Source of the DNA: Lytechinus pictus
Lineage: Eukaryota
Assembly (NCBI RefSeq): GCF_037042905.1
Contig: NC_087263.1
Span: 10,790,001-10,850,000, forward strand
Direction: 5' to 3'
DNA: 60,000 nucleotides
Shown: in pieces, positions 36,834-49,751 of the stretch
Layout of the letters: every line of letters begins with the position of its first letter
How positions within the stretch are numbered: position 1 is the first letter of the stretch
The notes under the pieces: generated by a model
What the model was told of the DNA's origin: nothing
The model's database searches: none
What the model saw: only the letters and a program-made list of their open reading frames with translations
Translations under genes and position numbers: made by a program

Positions 36834-39671
36834 ATGAATTTTCCCATTGCAATTCATTGAATGATTACAGCAAAATATTATATCGTCATGAAAATGTCGT
36901 GATACCTATGAAAGTGCCGAAGGAATCGATCTGACGCAGAAAAGAAGAGAGAGAGAGAGAGCAAAGGTATTTTTCTTTTTCTTTTTATTTATTCATTTAT
37001 TTTTTATCTATTTATTTATTTATTCATTTATTTATTTGTTATTATTATTATTATTATTATTTCTTTTTTGGGGGGAACGTTTAGCATAATGACGTGTGCC
37101 ACTAATATGTAATTTATTGCAACCTAACAACATCCCGCTGCTGTGTTTTTTTCCTTCAAACTTTAATTTTGGCACCCCCCTCCTCCACATGGCAACCTTG
37201 TCCAACGACCCTTCCGCGAGGGGTTCAAAAATATGCGTCGCCACTTTTCAAGAAGGGCTGCAAGTGACATTGGGAATTCACACATCAGCCTGCCTAAAAC
37301 TGTGTAAATAGCAGAGCGATTGGCGTCCATTACGATGGTAATTAACTCACTTAACTCCCAGGCACTTTCTGCTAAAGGACTATCAGCACGAACAACATTT
37401 GTATCCATATTTAGGGAATGTGGTTTCAAAGTGGTTATTTTTGTCCGTAAGATTATTAATCAATGATGTTGTTTAAAAAAATCGTACTGTGTGATATGAT
37501 AGTTTTAAGTTTTACGAAGTTTTTCCTTCTTCTCTTCTTTTTCTTCTTCTTCTTCTCCTTTTTTCTTTTTCCCTTTTTTTCTTCCTGTAGATTTGTGAAT
37601 CTAGACCTTTATTCTGTCACTTATACTCACAGGTGGATATTAACTGAAGAACAGAAAAAAAACGTACGAAAAATATATATCAATGCTTGAAATAGATAAT
37701 ATTGCTTCAAAGGAATTCGGCACTATTACGCATATGCTGCATCTGATCCATTTTTCTTTCCTTTCGTCCTCTTTTTTTTAATCATCATAGTCCGTCTACT
37801 TTCTACTCCTTTTTTCATCTCTCTCTCTCTCACACTCCTTTAATTTTCACAATCTTCTTCTTTCCCCATGTTTTCCAGTTTTCATCATTTTCATTTTTTA
37901 TTTGCTTTTTCTCTTTCTTCTTCGTCTCTTCTCCTTTTTCCCTTCTCTTTATTCAATATTTTCCGAGCCGTTCACAATTAAACGACTCCAAGACAAAGGG
38001 TATAAATGCTACATGTACATATGAATAGAATGACTAAGTAATCCGGGAATTGACACTATACCCTAACATAAAACTGTATCGTAACTCTAACCCTATACAT
38101 CTTAGAGACTTGGAGGACAGAAAGCCCGGAACAGCTGCGGCAGGAGCAATTGTCATTCCATGTTGTTGCTAAAGTTTAATAGACCTATCTTTTTTTCATG
38201 ATTGGCTGATTTATTTATTCATTAATATATTTATAATAAAAAAAAGAGATTATGCACAGACAGTTCCAGACATTACATTTCACATGATTCAATTTGACCT
38301 CTATACGTCAGCTATTCATACAAACCGGTGTTAATACTAAGAGCAATATAGTAGAATTCTGAATGAGTGAGGAAAAATCCTCGCAAATATTGTGATATTT
38401 GGCTAGTGAAAATTGATCTCGAAAACATTAGTTATTTATGACAAAAAAGATGCAGGGGGGGGGGGGCTGAAATCCATATATATAGCACATGCAATTCCTC
38501 ATAATTTTGCTAACGACTTCAAAGAATGTTCTATTCCGTTACACATCGTAAAAGAAAAACAAGTCGTTGACATTTTAGCCCTATAGTATGACTATGGAAT
38601 GATAATGAATATGATGATGATTTTAACTTATTTGCAGATGTGTAATTATTTTAAAAAAGAATGTAGCATCTAGAGACGTTTGAGCGAATGCGTCGTTGTA
38701 AAGGCAGTACAATAGAAAAAAAAATGATCAGGACCTTTTTTTTTTTTAATGGAAACGGCAAGAAGAAGGACAAGGAGGAGAGCATGAAGAAAAATAAAAC
38801 TTAGGTGTATCAGCCCATATTCTATCATTTGGTTTTGCATTGCAGTGAAATAAGAAGGGTAGTTGCACGAAATCGAGGCACAGGATGAGCGATTATTTTG
38901 TCATGGCCGTATGCAGCACGGGGGCAGGGGGCAGTTGCCTTCCAGAATTTTTGAAAACTTACATTTTTACGGACAATTTTCACAAAATTCACCAAAAGTA
39001 TGCAAGAAATCCTTCGATTCCACTTCTAAAAAGGCAAAATCGCCCCAATGACAAGCTCGGTCGCTTTGCTCCCTCGCTTTCGATTTTTTTCCAAAAAAGT
39101 TTACGCGTGCTGTCCCCCGTGTGAAGCGTCATTTTATGTAGTTTTTTTCTGCAGTAAGGTTTAAACCTGATCACAATAAAAACACATTTTATATGAAGAA
39201 AAAACCGGAAATTGAGCCGCGAAAAAAAAAACCCGTAAAAGACATCTCGTTACATGGTATGGCAAATCCATACATTTCTTGAGTCATGGCGCAGAGGGAT
39301 GGATGCGAAATTCAGTTATCATTTGTCGAAATAATTTTATTTTCATATATCTCACTCAGTTCTGTGATTCCGCGCGTACCTCTTTTTCTAGGGCGACATC
39401 TTTCATAACAATTATACATAATTTGATTCATACTTCTGCCCCTAGCCTGAAATGAATTGATGATGGATAGCAGACAATGGAGTACTTTGCTTGCGCTTAC
39501 ATGTAGTTGAAGAGTCGGCAGGAGATAACTGTACTAAACAGGGAGAACAGAAAGATACGTGTAGATATACATAAATTTGGAAAATGTCTGTGTGTTGTAT
39601 AACATTGCCACTTCCTATCAAACTTCTACATTCTACTACTGGCTACTTCCTTTTTTCACTATTTCTGCAAC

Positions 39672-39685
39672 TGCTACCTCTACTA

Positions 39686-39735
<50 letters not shown>

Positions 39736-39745
39736 GTGACTACTT

Positions 39746-39790
<45 letters not shown>
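39672..39790. repeat. (ACT)n microsatellite
   Basis: Directly visible; produces the poly-Thr stretch of ORF 39577. Confidence 0.95.
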
Positions 39791-42202
39791 ATAATGATGT
39801 TAATATAGCTTACGAATATTTTATTGACAAACTAACTCATTATTATAATACAAATATACCACTCGTTCAAAGAAAACAACGCAAAAATTATAAAAGAAAC
39901 CCATGGATCACTCGAGGAATTATACGTTCAATTAAAAAGCGCAATAAACTTTATAAATCGTATATTTCTAAACCGTCTGAACAAAGCTTCCAGAAGTATA
40001 AAAAATATCGCAATACTCTTAACAGTGTAATCCGTTCATCCAAAAAAGATTATTATTCTAAGGAATTAAAATATGCAGAAGGAAATTTAAATGACACGTG
40101 GAAAGTTATAAACAAATTGATTAACAAAAACAAACCACATAGCAACAGCGACAGTCTTAAGATAGACAATGAAGAAATATCTCAACCGGCTGAAATCGCA
40201 CAATCATTCAACCGTTTCTTTACAAACATCGGTCCGAATTAACTTCCAAGATAGTTAGTGACAATACGAATTTTAAAGTATATCTTTCCCAGCCAAATCA
40301 AAATACAATGTTTTTACTCCCACAGACCGACATGAAATAATTAAAATAGTACAAGCTTTAACATAAAAAGTCAACAGGCTATGATGGTATTAGTACAAAA
40401 TTGTAACATATATTGTTTCTCCATTGCAACATATTTTTAACTTATCACTCTCCACTGGATGCTTTCCTGATCTATTGAAAATAGCCAAAGTAATCCCGAT
40501 TTATAAAAAAGGTGATCCTACTCAAGTTACAAACTATCGGCCTATTTCCCTCTTGCCACGCATATTAAAAAATATTAGAAAAAAATGTTTACAAAAGATT
40601 GGATTCCTTTTTGTCATTTAATAAGATTATTACACCGGCCCAGTTTGGATTCAGAAAAAAAATCTCTACCGATTTCGCAATAACCGAATTGCTGGACAAA
40701 GTTGTAAACTCACTTTAAAAAAAAACAACACCATTGCTTTATTTATGGACCTAAGTAAAGCTTTCGATACCATTGACCATGGTATTTTACTTCATAAGTT
40801 GTATAACTATGGGATAAGGGGCATTGCTTGGTCATGGATTAAGAGTTATCTTTCTAATAGGCAACAATACGTTTTTATCGATGATGTTAAATCTCCTGTA
40901 TCGTTTATCAATTGCGGCGTCCCGCAGGGTTCTATTCTGGGACCTTTGTTATTTTTAGTATACATTAATTATATAGTAAATTCATCTTCCATTTTTTCTT
41001 TCATCTTATTCGCCGATAATATTTTGTTATCTCACAAGAACTTACCAGAATTAACAAATATAATGAATTTAGAATTAAATAAAGTTTCATCATGGTTTAA
41101 ATGTAATAAGTTATCTCTTAACATAAGTAAAACTCATATTATGCATTTTCAATCATCTCATAGAAATGAAAATTTTACACAAGATATAAACATTGATAAT
41201 GTGCCTTTAAATAAAAAAAAAAAGAATCTGTAGCTAAATGAATTGGAATACTATGTAAACAAACAAAAAATCTTACCAGAGAAATCTCTTGTTATGATAT
41301 ATAATATATTGATTTTACCATATATTCACTACTGTAATCTCATTTTGGGGAATAGCTGCAAGACAAGGCTTAGTCATATACTTTTATTGCAAAAGAAAGC
41401 GGTTAGAATTTGTTCAAAATCTGCATATCTTTCACATACAGACCCTCTTTTTTATCGTCTGAAAATATTTAAGATAAATGATATTAATCCTTTATAAGAT
41501 ATAATTATGACATGCTTCCTCCAGTATTCACGGATTTATTTTCATATATTAACAATTAACACTCATATCCAACAAGAACATGCAATAATATTCACTTAAA
41601 CAATCCCAGGACACTATTTGCACATAAAACACTAAGACATCATGGACCTGATATTTGGAATGCATTGCCAGTTGCACTCAAGCTGACAAGTTCATTTTAT
41701 TCCTTTAAACGAACTATAAAAGAATTGCAATTAAACCAATACCTAACAAATTAAAAAAAGAACGAAAATCATTACCATTCTTATCATTATTTTAATTAGA
41801 CATTTGACTTTTATCTATAGAACATGTATAAATTAAAAATCAAACAACAATTCGTGTTATTTTCTAAAATTTCATGCTAAGGACCAAGCATCTCCCTTGC
41901 CCCCCCCCCCCAGTCCTTCATGCACTTGCACGTTTAATGACAATATGTATTAATTTTTTTGGCTATTTTCCAGGGCTGTTACGTTTTCAAGCTTTGCTTT
42001 TGTGACTACCCTTGCAACCATCCTATTTATTATATAACAAAAAATACCACTTAATATTTTTCATTTATGTAAGATATATTTGATGATTTAGATACAAAAC
42101 TATTGTTCATTATCTTGATGTCAAATTCCAGATATATATTTTTTTGTCCAGAGTTTTGTTATGAAAAATGTTGCAAAAACCAATAAATGAAATGAAATGA
42201 AA
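39791..42202 (+). mobile_element. 5'-truncated, frameshifted CR1/L2-group LINE (ORF2 reverse transcriptase plus 3' UTR)
   Basis: Motifs PWITRGI..KKRNKLYK, FNRFFTNIG, AKVIPIYKKGDPTQVTNYRPISLLP, QFGFR, DLSKAFDTIDH, GVPQGSILGPLLF, LFAD, NKLSLNISKT, LQKKAVRI, HTDPLF, GPDIWNALP; tail AATAAATGAAATGAAATGAAAT. Confidence 0.95.
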
Positions 42203-42223
42203 TCCCAGACTACGCAATCCCAG

Positions 42224-42480
42224 ACTACTACTACTACTCTTTCTGCTACTGCTGCTGCTTCTACTACTCCTACTACTACTACTGTGCCTGCTTCTACTAG
42301 TAGTAGTAGTAGTAGTAGTAGCAACAGCAGTAGTAGTAGTACTACTACTGCTAGTAGTAGTACAAGTTGTAGTAGTAGTAGTATGGTAGTAGAAGTAGTA
42401 TTAGTAGTAAGTAGTAGTAGTAGTATTAGTAGTAAGTAGTAGTAGTAGTAGTAGTAGTAGTATGGTAGTAGAAGTAGCAG
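42224..42480. repeat. (ACT)n switching to (AGT)n microsatellite
   Basis: Directly visible; strand switch near 42298. Confidence 0.9.
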
Positions 42481-43334
42481 TGGTGGTGGCTGTTGTTGTT
42501 GGTGGTGGCGGTAGTATAAATAACAGTAATAATATTGGTATGCTGCTTTAGCCAGAGACCTGTATCATCACTCAAGCCAGAAAGGTACATGTTAACAGAA
42601 TCGTTGCAAGCAAAAAAAAAAAAAAAAAAGATAATAATTATCTCAACCCAGACAAAATACACGAGAGGCGAGTAAATGCAGTTTCCGTGGAGTTTAATGA
42701 AATTTTGTTTCCAAAGAGCATCTTCCAAATGATGTATACCGAAATGTAAAATGATATGTTGTCAAATAAAGCCAAAATAATATTATTCAACAATCAAAAC
42801 ATAATAAATATAAAAGTAAAAGCCTCCTGAGATGTGTCATATGCGAAACATTAAACCAATCTCCTCAATTGTCAATAAAACAGTCCATCCACATCCATGA
42901 CAAAGGCACCAGTTTGTCATGTTGGCCAATATGTGGGAAACGTAAAATTCCATCTGCAAAGCTACGAAGCAAAGATTCCCGTTTGCAACACAAGCTTATG
43001 CGGGAAAACTTTTATAACAGAAACTAGCGCTCAGAAGCCCCACCAACGGCCCTGAACTAGAATGTGAACGAGGCGACGTTAATGTTCGCTCCGAAATGGA
43101 ATTCGCTGGTGGCCTCATCCAAGTCGGGTGACGAACCAAGCCCCGTTCACATTATAACCTGAGGAGTGGAATATCAATATACGAAATTGTTCTAAATAAA
43201 TGAAAATTATTATCTCAGGAAGCCCAAAATAAGTTAAGAATCATAATGTGTTGTGGCAAAAAATGGAATGCCGCCAAACGGGATGACTCAATCGTCAGCC
43301 CGCCGCCACAACACAATATGATGTGCAATAGTTC

Positions 43335-43500
43335 AATAATAATCAAGATACTAATAATAATGATAATGATGATAACAATGATAATGATAAACAAAATAAT
43401 AAAGATAATACTATTAATGATAACAACAATGATAATAATAATGATAATAATAGTGTTAATAATAATAATAATGATGATATTAATAATTATTATTTTAATT
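43335..43500. repeat. (ATA/ATG)n low-complexity tract
   Basis: Directly visible. Confidence 0.9.
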
Positions 43501-46500
43501 CAACTACAAAAATTGAATTTGTTCTAGGGGTGGGACCCAGGTAAGCCCTCTCCCTCTACGATCTACTTAGACATGTTAGAGTACATCCGAATGCATTCGT
43601 TAAATGAACTCAGCAATAAATAAGTACATGATTTTTTTAATGAAAACATGATCGTCTTTGATATTAATCTAACTGTAAGATATTGAATAAATGTAGCTAA
43701 CATCCAACATCGTATCCGGAAATTCGTAGCTGCTGAATGATATCAAAGATTAAGGATTAATTACAGACAAGCATCAACATATCTTCCTGGCTAAATTTAA
43801 AGGCCTATAAGATGAATTTTAAGTCATATAGAAACTTCGCATGGCAACTTTTTTAAGCTGCAAACGTTGGAATTCAACCAGGCCAATTTTTAGAAATGCA
43901 AAAAAAGACAGATAAATAGATAAATGGATAAACAAAATAAGATACGCACGAAAAGAAAACACATTGTAAGATAACCTATATGAAAATAAAGCCTATATCA
44001 ATCTACAGACGGCAAACAATAAAAATAATGATATGAAGAGTTGTAGTGATGTGACTATTATTGGACGTCTAACTTATCATTATCATAGTTACAATTCAGA
44101 CAAATATCAAGCAGGTACATGTATACGAATATAGATAAACAAAATATGACATCAATAATATAACCTTGATATTTTTTGGTGAACATGGGGAGGCCCCACT
44201 AAGAGGGATATAAAAACGATGGAAGATTTATCTTAACTTCCATCTCATGTCTTTAAATTCAAACAGATTCTCTCGTACGAGAGTCAAACAGTAACGAGCA
44301 TGACAAATTACTAGAAGAAAGATCTATGTCTCGTAACACACAGCTTAGCGATTAATTGTTACTTAAAAGCTATCACCTGCATTTAGCATGAAAATAATTG
44401 ATTTTTGTAACCGCAGTCACAAAAAACATTCCTTATTAAAAAAAAAAACATTAAGAACGCGTAGATCGTATTGATAAAACTGTTTAATCTGGCGGTTAGG
44501 GGAATTCTGTGATAGGAAATGTTCTTGCTATAACGCTGATTTAGCACCCACCAACCATTCATCCTTTCAATGTGGTTTTTAATTATTGTTCATCATTTTC
44601 CTTGTACTCACCCCCATAGGGCTGGGGACCGGGGGCGTCCTGTGTATTATAACAGGAAAAGTAGAAGGAGCGAGATCAACTAAAAGGGGCAACATGATTT
44701 GTTTTCTTTAATAACCAAACAGTACAACATTGTACAAGCAACCAACCTTAAATGGTCGATGTCCTTATTTCGTCTCTTTTCTTTTATTTCGTTTTGTTCC
44801 CCCCCCCCTCCACTTCCCTCATTTGAGATGGGGGACATTTTCCCCTGCCCCCGCTAGGTGTAGTTCCACCTAGCTCGTTTGAGACTCTAGTTCCTCCTCC
44901 TACAAGCTTAAATAAGCTTCTTGCGATCGGATAAAGCCTCAGGGAAACATTGTGGTCTTGCTAAGTGTCGGACACAATTTCAGCTGTGGGCGCTAATTCG
45001 GCCTTCCTATGTCCCTTCTTTTGAGCTTAGTGGTCTGCAATACTTTGCCGCCAGTAGATGAAGGTCTAGAGAGAGCATTCGTACGAGATTTGGACTTTAG
45101 TATACCATAGCAATGGTTAAGACACATCAAATAATCCTCCTCTCGCCCGATCAAAGCATTTACATAATTTCCAACGGCATATCACAAGTCGGTTCGGAAT
45201 TGGTATCGTAATTGTGACCGAATCATTTGACATCACCATGATAACCATTTACCTTTACTTATTGGATGAATCTCCCCTTTTGCTTTTAAACAAATCAAGT
45301 GAACAATTACATGTGAAAGATTATCGAATGTTCCATCATGGCCGTCACCGGCGTTCTCACCCCCGTACCCCCCTCAATACCTCATTTTTTTTTACAAAAT
45401 GACCTTCGTTTTGGTATCGAACTTTTTTTTAATATTTGTCAAATAATTCAACCCAGCACACTGTGTTTAAAAAAATCATTCCCAGGGCAACCAGCAACAA
45501 TGCCTGACATCGGAATTGCTAATTCTGGTCTCATTTCTCCCCATGTTTATTATATGTATCGTAACCAGCAAATATATTTTCCTGTTGAAAACGTCCAAGG
45601 TGATTTTCTCGAAAAGTGTGAACTAATGTGCTCACCCATCAATCTGCTTTCTTGTAAACGAGACTACCTATCAACATGGGCGAAAATATATCCCCAAAGC
45701 TAGAGGCGGATCAAGTTTTGTTTTTCTTCCGGAAAATTTGAAAAAAATAATTCCATCATAAAAGACCACAAATAGTACGGGGCACATTTGATATTGTGCC
45801 CCCCTTTCAAAATGGTAGGGGGACGCGTCCCCCCTGAGATTTCCACCCATGCCTATTAAACCAAAGTACACCAACTTCGTGGTTCACTATGATCTATATA
45901 AATTTTGCCATTTCCGAGGGCAATTTTTCTCACTTGGGTATAAATTAGTTTTGATTGAATTGATGCCAAGTCAAGCTTTATGGTTTCATTAAGTAAAGCT
46001 TTAAAATGTTCGAAATGTCATAGCCAAGGACACGATAACAATCAGTCTTCAATGAACTTTATCACACATTCTGTACAGCAAAAATGAATGTAACCAAGGT
46101 TGAGGGGCGTAAAGACCGGTGTGGGCTCGAGTTTCTTATTGCCCGGAAATTGAAATAATAATGTTTCAAAAGACACTTTTACATTATTTCAAATGAAATA
46201 TGAAAAGAATTGCAGCGGTGATTGACATTTCTAACCCATCAGGAATGGCAAGTATGGTGTATTTTTATTGTGAATAGTGAAAATGAAGCTCTTGAATTAG
46301 GTTGATTACTGCCTAAATTGTATCGCTCTAATGGTTACTACATTTCTGTTAAAAAAAAACTGTTTGGGAAGTTTATCTTGATCTGGTATTTTCAAAATCA
46401 ACTACAGACTCAATTTTTTATTTTATTAATATTAAGCTCCCATTCTTCGTTAAACATGCAATCTTGGTTCATCTAACACTTGATGGTTTCATGAATATTT

Positions 46501-47194
46501 TAACCTACCATTATCTATAGAAGTAAGAATGCTCATTTGTAAGATTGTACCCGATTTATATTACTTTGTGTTATGTTTAAAAGGAAATGAAATGAAGGAT
46601 CGAATTGAAATGAATTGAATAAAATCTCCCCCCCCAAAAAAAAAAAAAAAAAACCTTTAATACTCCGTCATCCCGTTTTTCACATTTACTTTTTTAAATT
46701 TGCGGGTTTCCCCCTTTCGCGTATTATAATAATATAATATATAAGAAAGTATACAATGATGGCATTATGTAGTGAATTATCTATTTAGAAATGCCCACTC
46801 TTAGTTTGTAGGATTTGTTAACAAGTCCGTTGCCCTATTTATTTAATTGAATTTTTCGAATGATAAGGCAGTGATAAAATCGGTGCCTTTTAACGAAAAT
46901 AATGAGTCAGCTCTAGTAAACTTGAAATAATTTTTTCCTTCCTAGATGAATCAAAATTTACATCACTTCATGGTGTTAAAAATGATTTAAATTAGATTAC
47001 ATCATTTCCCTTTACAGTTTTCAATCATGGGCGTACAGATGGGGGGGGGGGGTCGGAGCTTGGGGGCCCTTGCCCCTCCCCCTTCCAATTTTTTTGCGAC
47101 CAAGAAAAAAAAAGAGAAATGGAAAGAAAAGAAAAGGGATAAGGGTGAAATATGATATTATGTTCCGAATATTATGTCAAAATCTATCACAAAA

Positions 47195-47400
47195 AGCGAA
47201 TGAGGGACATCATCAACTCTCATTTGCATGTCACTGAGTTCTACATATTTAACTATTTTCTGAAAAATAAGCGAAACTTTATAAAGTCATACCCTTTATT
47301 ATTTTACATCCGATTCTGATGACATTTTCAACCTTATGCTTGTTGGACATTTCTTTATTGATTTAAATCAACATTTTTCTGGGGTGGACTTGACCTTCAA
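47195..47400. mobile_element. One arm of a Kolobok-like MITE
   Basis: Homologous to 1700-1889; ends GGGGTGGACTTGACCTTCAA. Confidence 0.7.
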
Positions 47401-47443
47401 GCATTTTATAGCATTCAATCCTTTCCTCAAATCGCGTACACTA

Positions 47444-48812
47444 CAGTGCGTATAAAAAAAACCGGACAGTTTTGAAAAGTCAATAAAAAATTTGTTTCAA
47501 ATTATTATATTTATATTTTTATGTTAATAGATGCTCTGAGATGTTATCTTTGGAATGCCATTTAAAAAAATAAAGTTTGTTCATGCTTGAGCGAACACGG
47601 GACGTTTTTTTGTCGGGGGTTCAAAAAGAGGCTTGCGCCAAAATGGCAGAAATTAGAAATTTGATGATTAGACTGCTAATTAGCAGACTTCCTCTTAATC
47701 TTTTTATTATCTTTTCCATACTTTCCGAATGATGCTATCAAATTTCATTTACAAATTTATTTATTTACCTGAATTATTTTGTTTTTCATTCTTCTTTTAC
47801 CTTTGAATTTTCCTTCATAAGTAAAAAAAAGTAGAAGACCATTTATCAACCCAGGTAAGAAGATTTGCATCATTAATTGGGAGAATTTGGAATTATTCAG
47901 ATCCTTTTATTACTGGTATGTGAAACAAAATTATGTTATGGTACCTATAAAAGACATAAATCCTATTTTCAAGGGTTTATTGAATCCTTCACCAAGTTTA
48001 ATTATGTGCTTGACAGGACAAACAGGAAAGGATTCATGTCTTTCAATGGCAATGGTGTATTGAGTAGCTTTTGAAGGAGCAAGATATGGCAGATCAGGTA
48101 AAATGTATTAAAAAGTTGTAAAGCGAGCAAGCAAAAATATCAGCTTTTTTATTAAAATATCAATTTTTTTGATTTTGACATAATATTCAGTAAATGATAT
48201 CATATTTCATTTTCTATATGTTTTCTTTTATTTTCATTTCCACTTTTTTTTTTCTTGGTCATGATTTTTTTTTTTTTTTTTTTTTTGGGGGGGTCACCCC
48301 AAGCCCCCACCCATCAGTATGCCACTGTACAAATTAGGCACCATAACCTTTGTAGCATACAATGAAAGGAATAAAAAAAAAACACTCTCCCATACTTCGG
48401 TTTAAAAACAAAGTTCTTGCCTAAATAAGGAATATTCAAAGCTAAAAGTAAACATATTTAAAAGGAACAACAGATCTATTCAAGCAAATGAGAAGATTTG
48501 AAAATGAATTTTAACCGCATAATTAGAAAATTTTGGCACAGATAATGAAAAGGTTAAGAGGAAGTCTGCTGATTAGCAAGAAGTCCGACCATCATATTAA
48601 TCATGTAATGCCATTTTGGCGCAAGTCTCTTTTTTAACCCCGGACAAAAACATTCCGTGTTCGCTCAAGCATGAACGAAACTATATTATTTTAATGGCAT
48701 TTGAAGAATAAGACTTCAGAGCACCTATTGACACCAACATATAGAGATCATGATTTGAAACACAAATTTTATAGACTTTTCAAATCTGTCCCGTTTTATT
48801 TTATACGCACTG
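47444..48812. mobile_element. Non-autonomous Tc1/mariner-like element with ~260-bp TIRs
   Basis: TA|CAGTGCGTATAAAA ... TTTTATACGCACTG|TA; inverted similarity extends to CAGACTTCCTCTTAA / TTAAGAGGAAGTCTG; contains an hAT-like MITE at ~48050-48327. Confidence 0.9.
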
Positions 48813-48894
48813 TATAGTAATCGACACTGAATTTCTCGTAATACTATATTCAATTATCAAGCGCTATCAAATGAGCTATTGCCCAGTTTGTTGA

Positions 48895-49751
48895 TTTTTG
48901 TCTCGCCTGCATAGCAGAGCGAGACTATAGGCGCCGCTTTTCCGACGGCGACGGCGGCGGCGGCGTCAACATCAAATCTTAACCTAAGGTTAAGTTTTTG
49001 ACATGACATCATAACTTAGAAAGTATATGGACCTAATTCATGAAACTTGGACATAAGGTTAATCAAGTATTACTGAACATTCTGCCTGAGTTTCAGGTCA
49101 CATGACTAAGGTCAAATGTCATTTAGGGTCAATGAACTTAGACCATGTTGGGATAATTATTTTCAAAATCTTAACTGAAGGTTAAGTTTTTGAAATGACA
49201 TCATAACTTAAAAAGTATATGGACCTAGTTCATGAAACTTGAGCATAAGGTAATCAAGTATTAGTAAACATCGTGCACCAGTTTCAGGTCACATGACCTA
49301 GGTCAAAGGTCATTTAGGGTCAATGAACTTTGGTCAAGTTGGGGGTATTTTTTTAATTACTATCATAACTGAAAATTTATGGATCTAGTTCATGAAACTT
49401 GGACATAAGGTTAATCAAGTATTAGTGAATCATCTATGGTCAATGAACGTGGTATTATGTCATTCTATGAATGGTGTTTTTGTGAATGATTATTTTATAG
49501 TAGTTTTCAAAGTTAGCACTGCTGGTGGGTGTTTCATCAAGCTGTTCGTAAGATAAGAGCGACTTTAAGAACGACTGGTGGTCCTTTCTTTTGGTAAATG
49601 GTATACACCATTGGCGATGGTTTAGCGCATAAGAAAGGTTCACCAGTCGTTCTTAAAGTCTCTCTTAACTTACGAACAGCTTTATGAAACGGCCCCCTGC
49701 TATATTAAATCGCGTAATGCAGGCGAGACTACCAGAGGCGTTCCACTTGTT
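48895..49751 (+). mobile_element. Helentron-associated / DINE-1-like non-autonomous element with internal tandem repeats
   Basis: Inserted in a T run; subterminal inverted repeat GTCTCGCCTGCAT / ATGCAGGCGAGAC; 5' hairpin partner GCGAGAC; (CGG)n; about three units of ~160-190 bp; ends CACTTGTT. Confidence 0.8.
49525..49696. mobile_element. Palindromic PIF/Harbinger-like MITE with CTG TSD
   Basis: GTTTCATCAAGCTGTTCGTAAG / CTTACGAACAGCTTTATGAAAC; CTG on both sides; second copy at 57152. Confidence 0.88.

Larger units (their letters stand above)
35950..36895 (+). repeat. Local segmental duplication, copy 2
   Basis: Collinear with 32108-33097 plus 34490-34505. Confidence 0.92.

Noticed and set aside
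39577..41497. Reverse-transcriptase ORFs as a functional gene or novel RT system
   Set aside because: 5'-truncated, multiply frameshifted, catalytic FADD reduced to FADN; an ordinary dead CR1/L2-group LINE
42121..43527. Ser/Thr-rich and Ile/Met-rich ORFs
   Set aside because: Translations of (ACT)n/(AGT)n and (ATA)n microsatellites
44880..45110. GC-richer unique stretch considered as miRNA/snoRNA
   Set aside because: No clear hairpin or box motifs and no match to a small RNA I recognise
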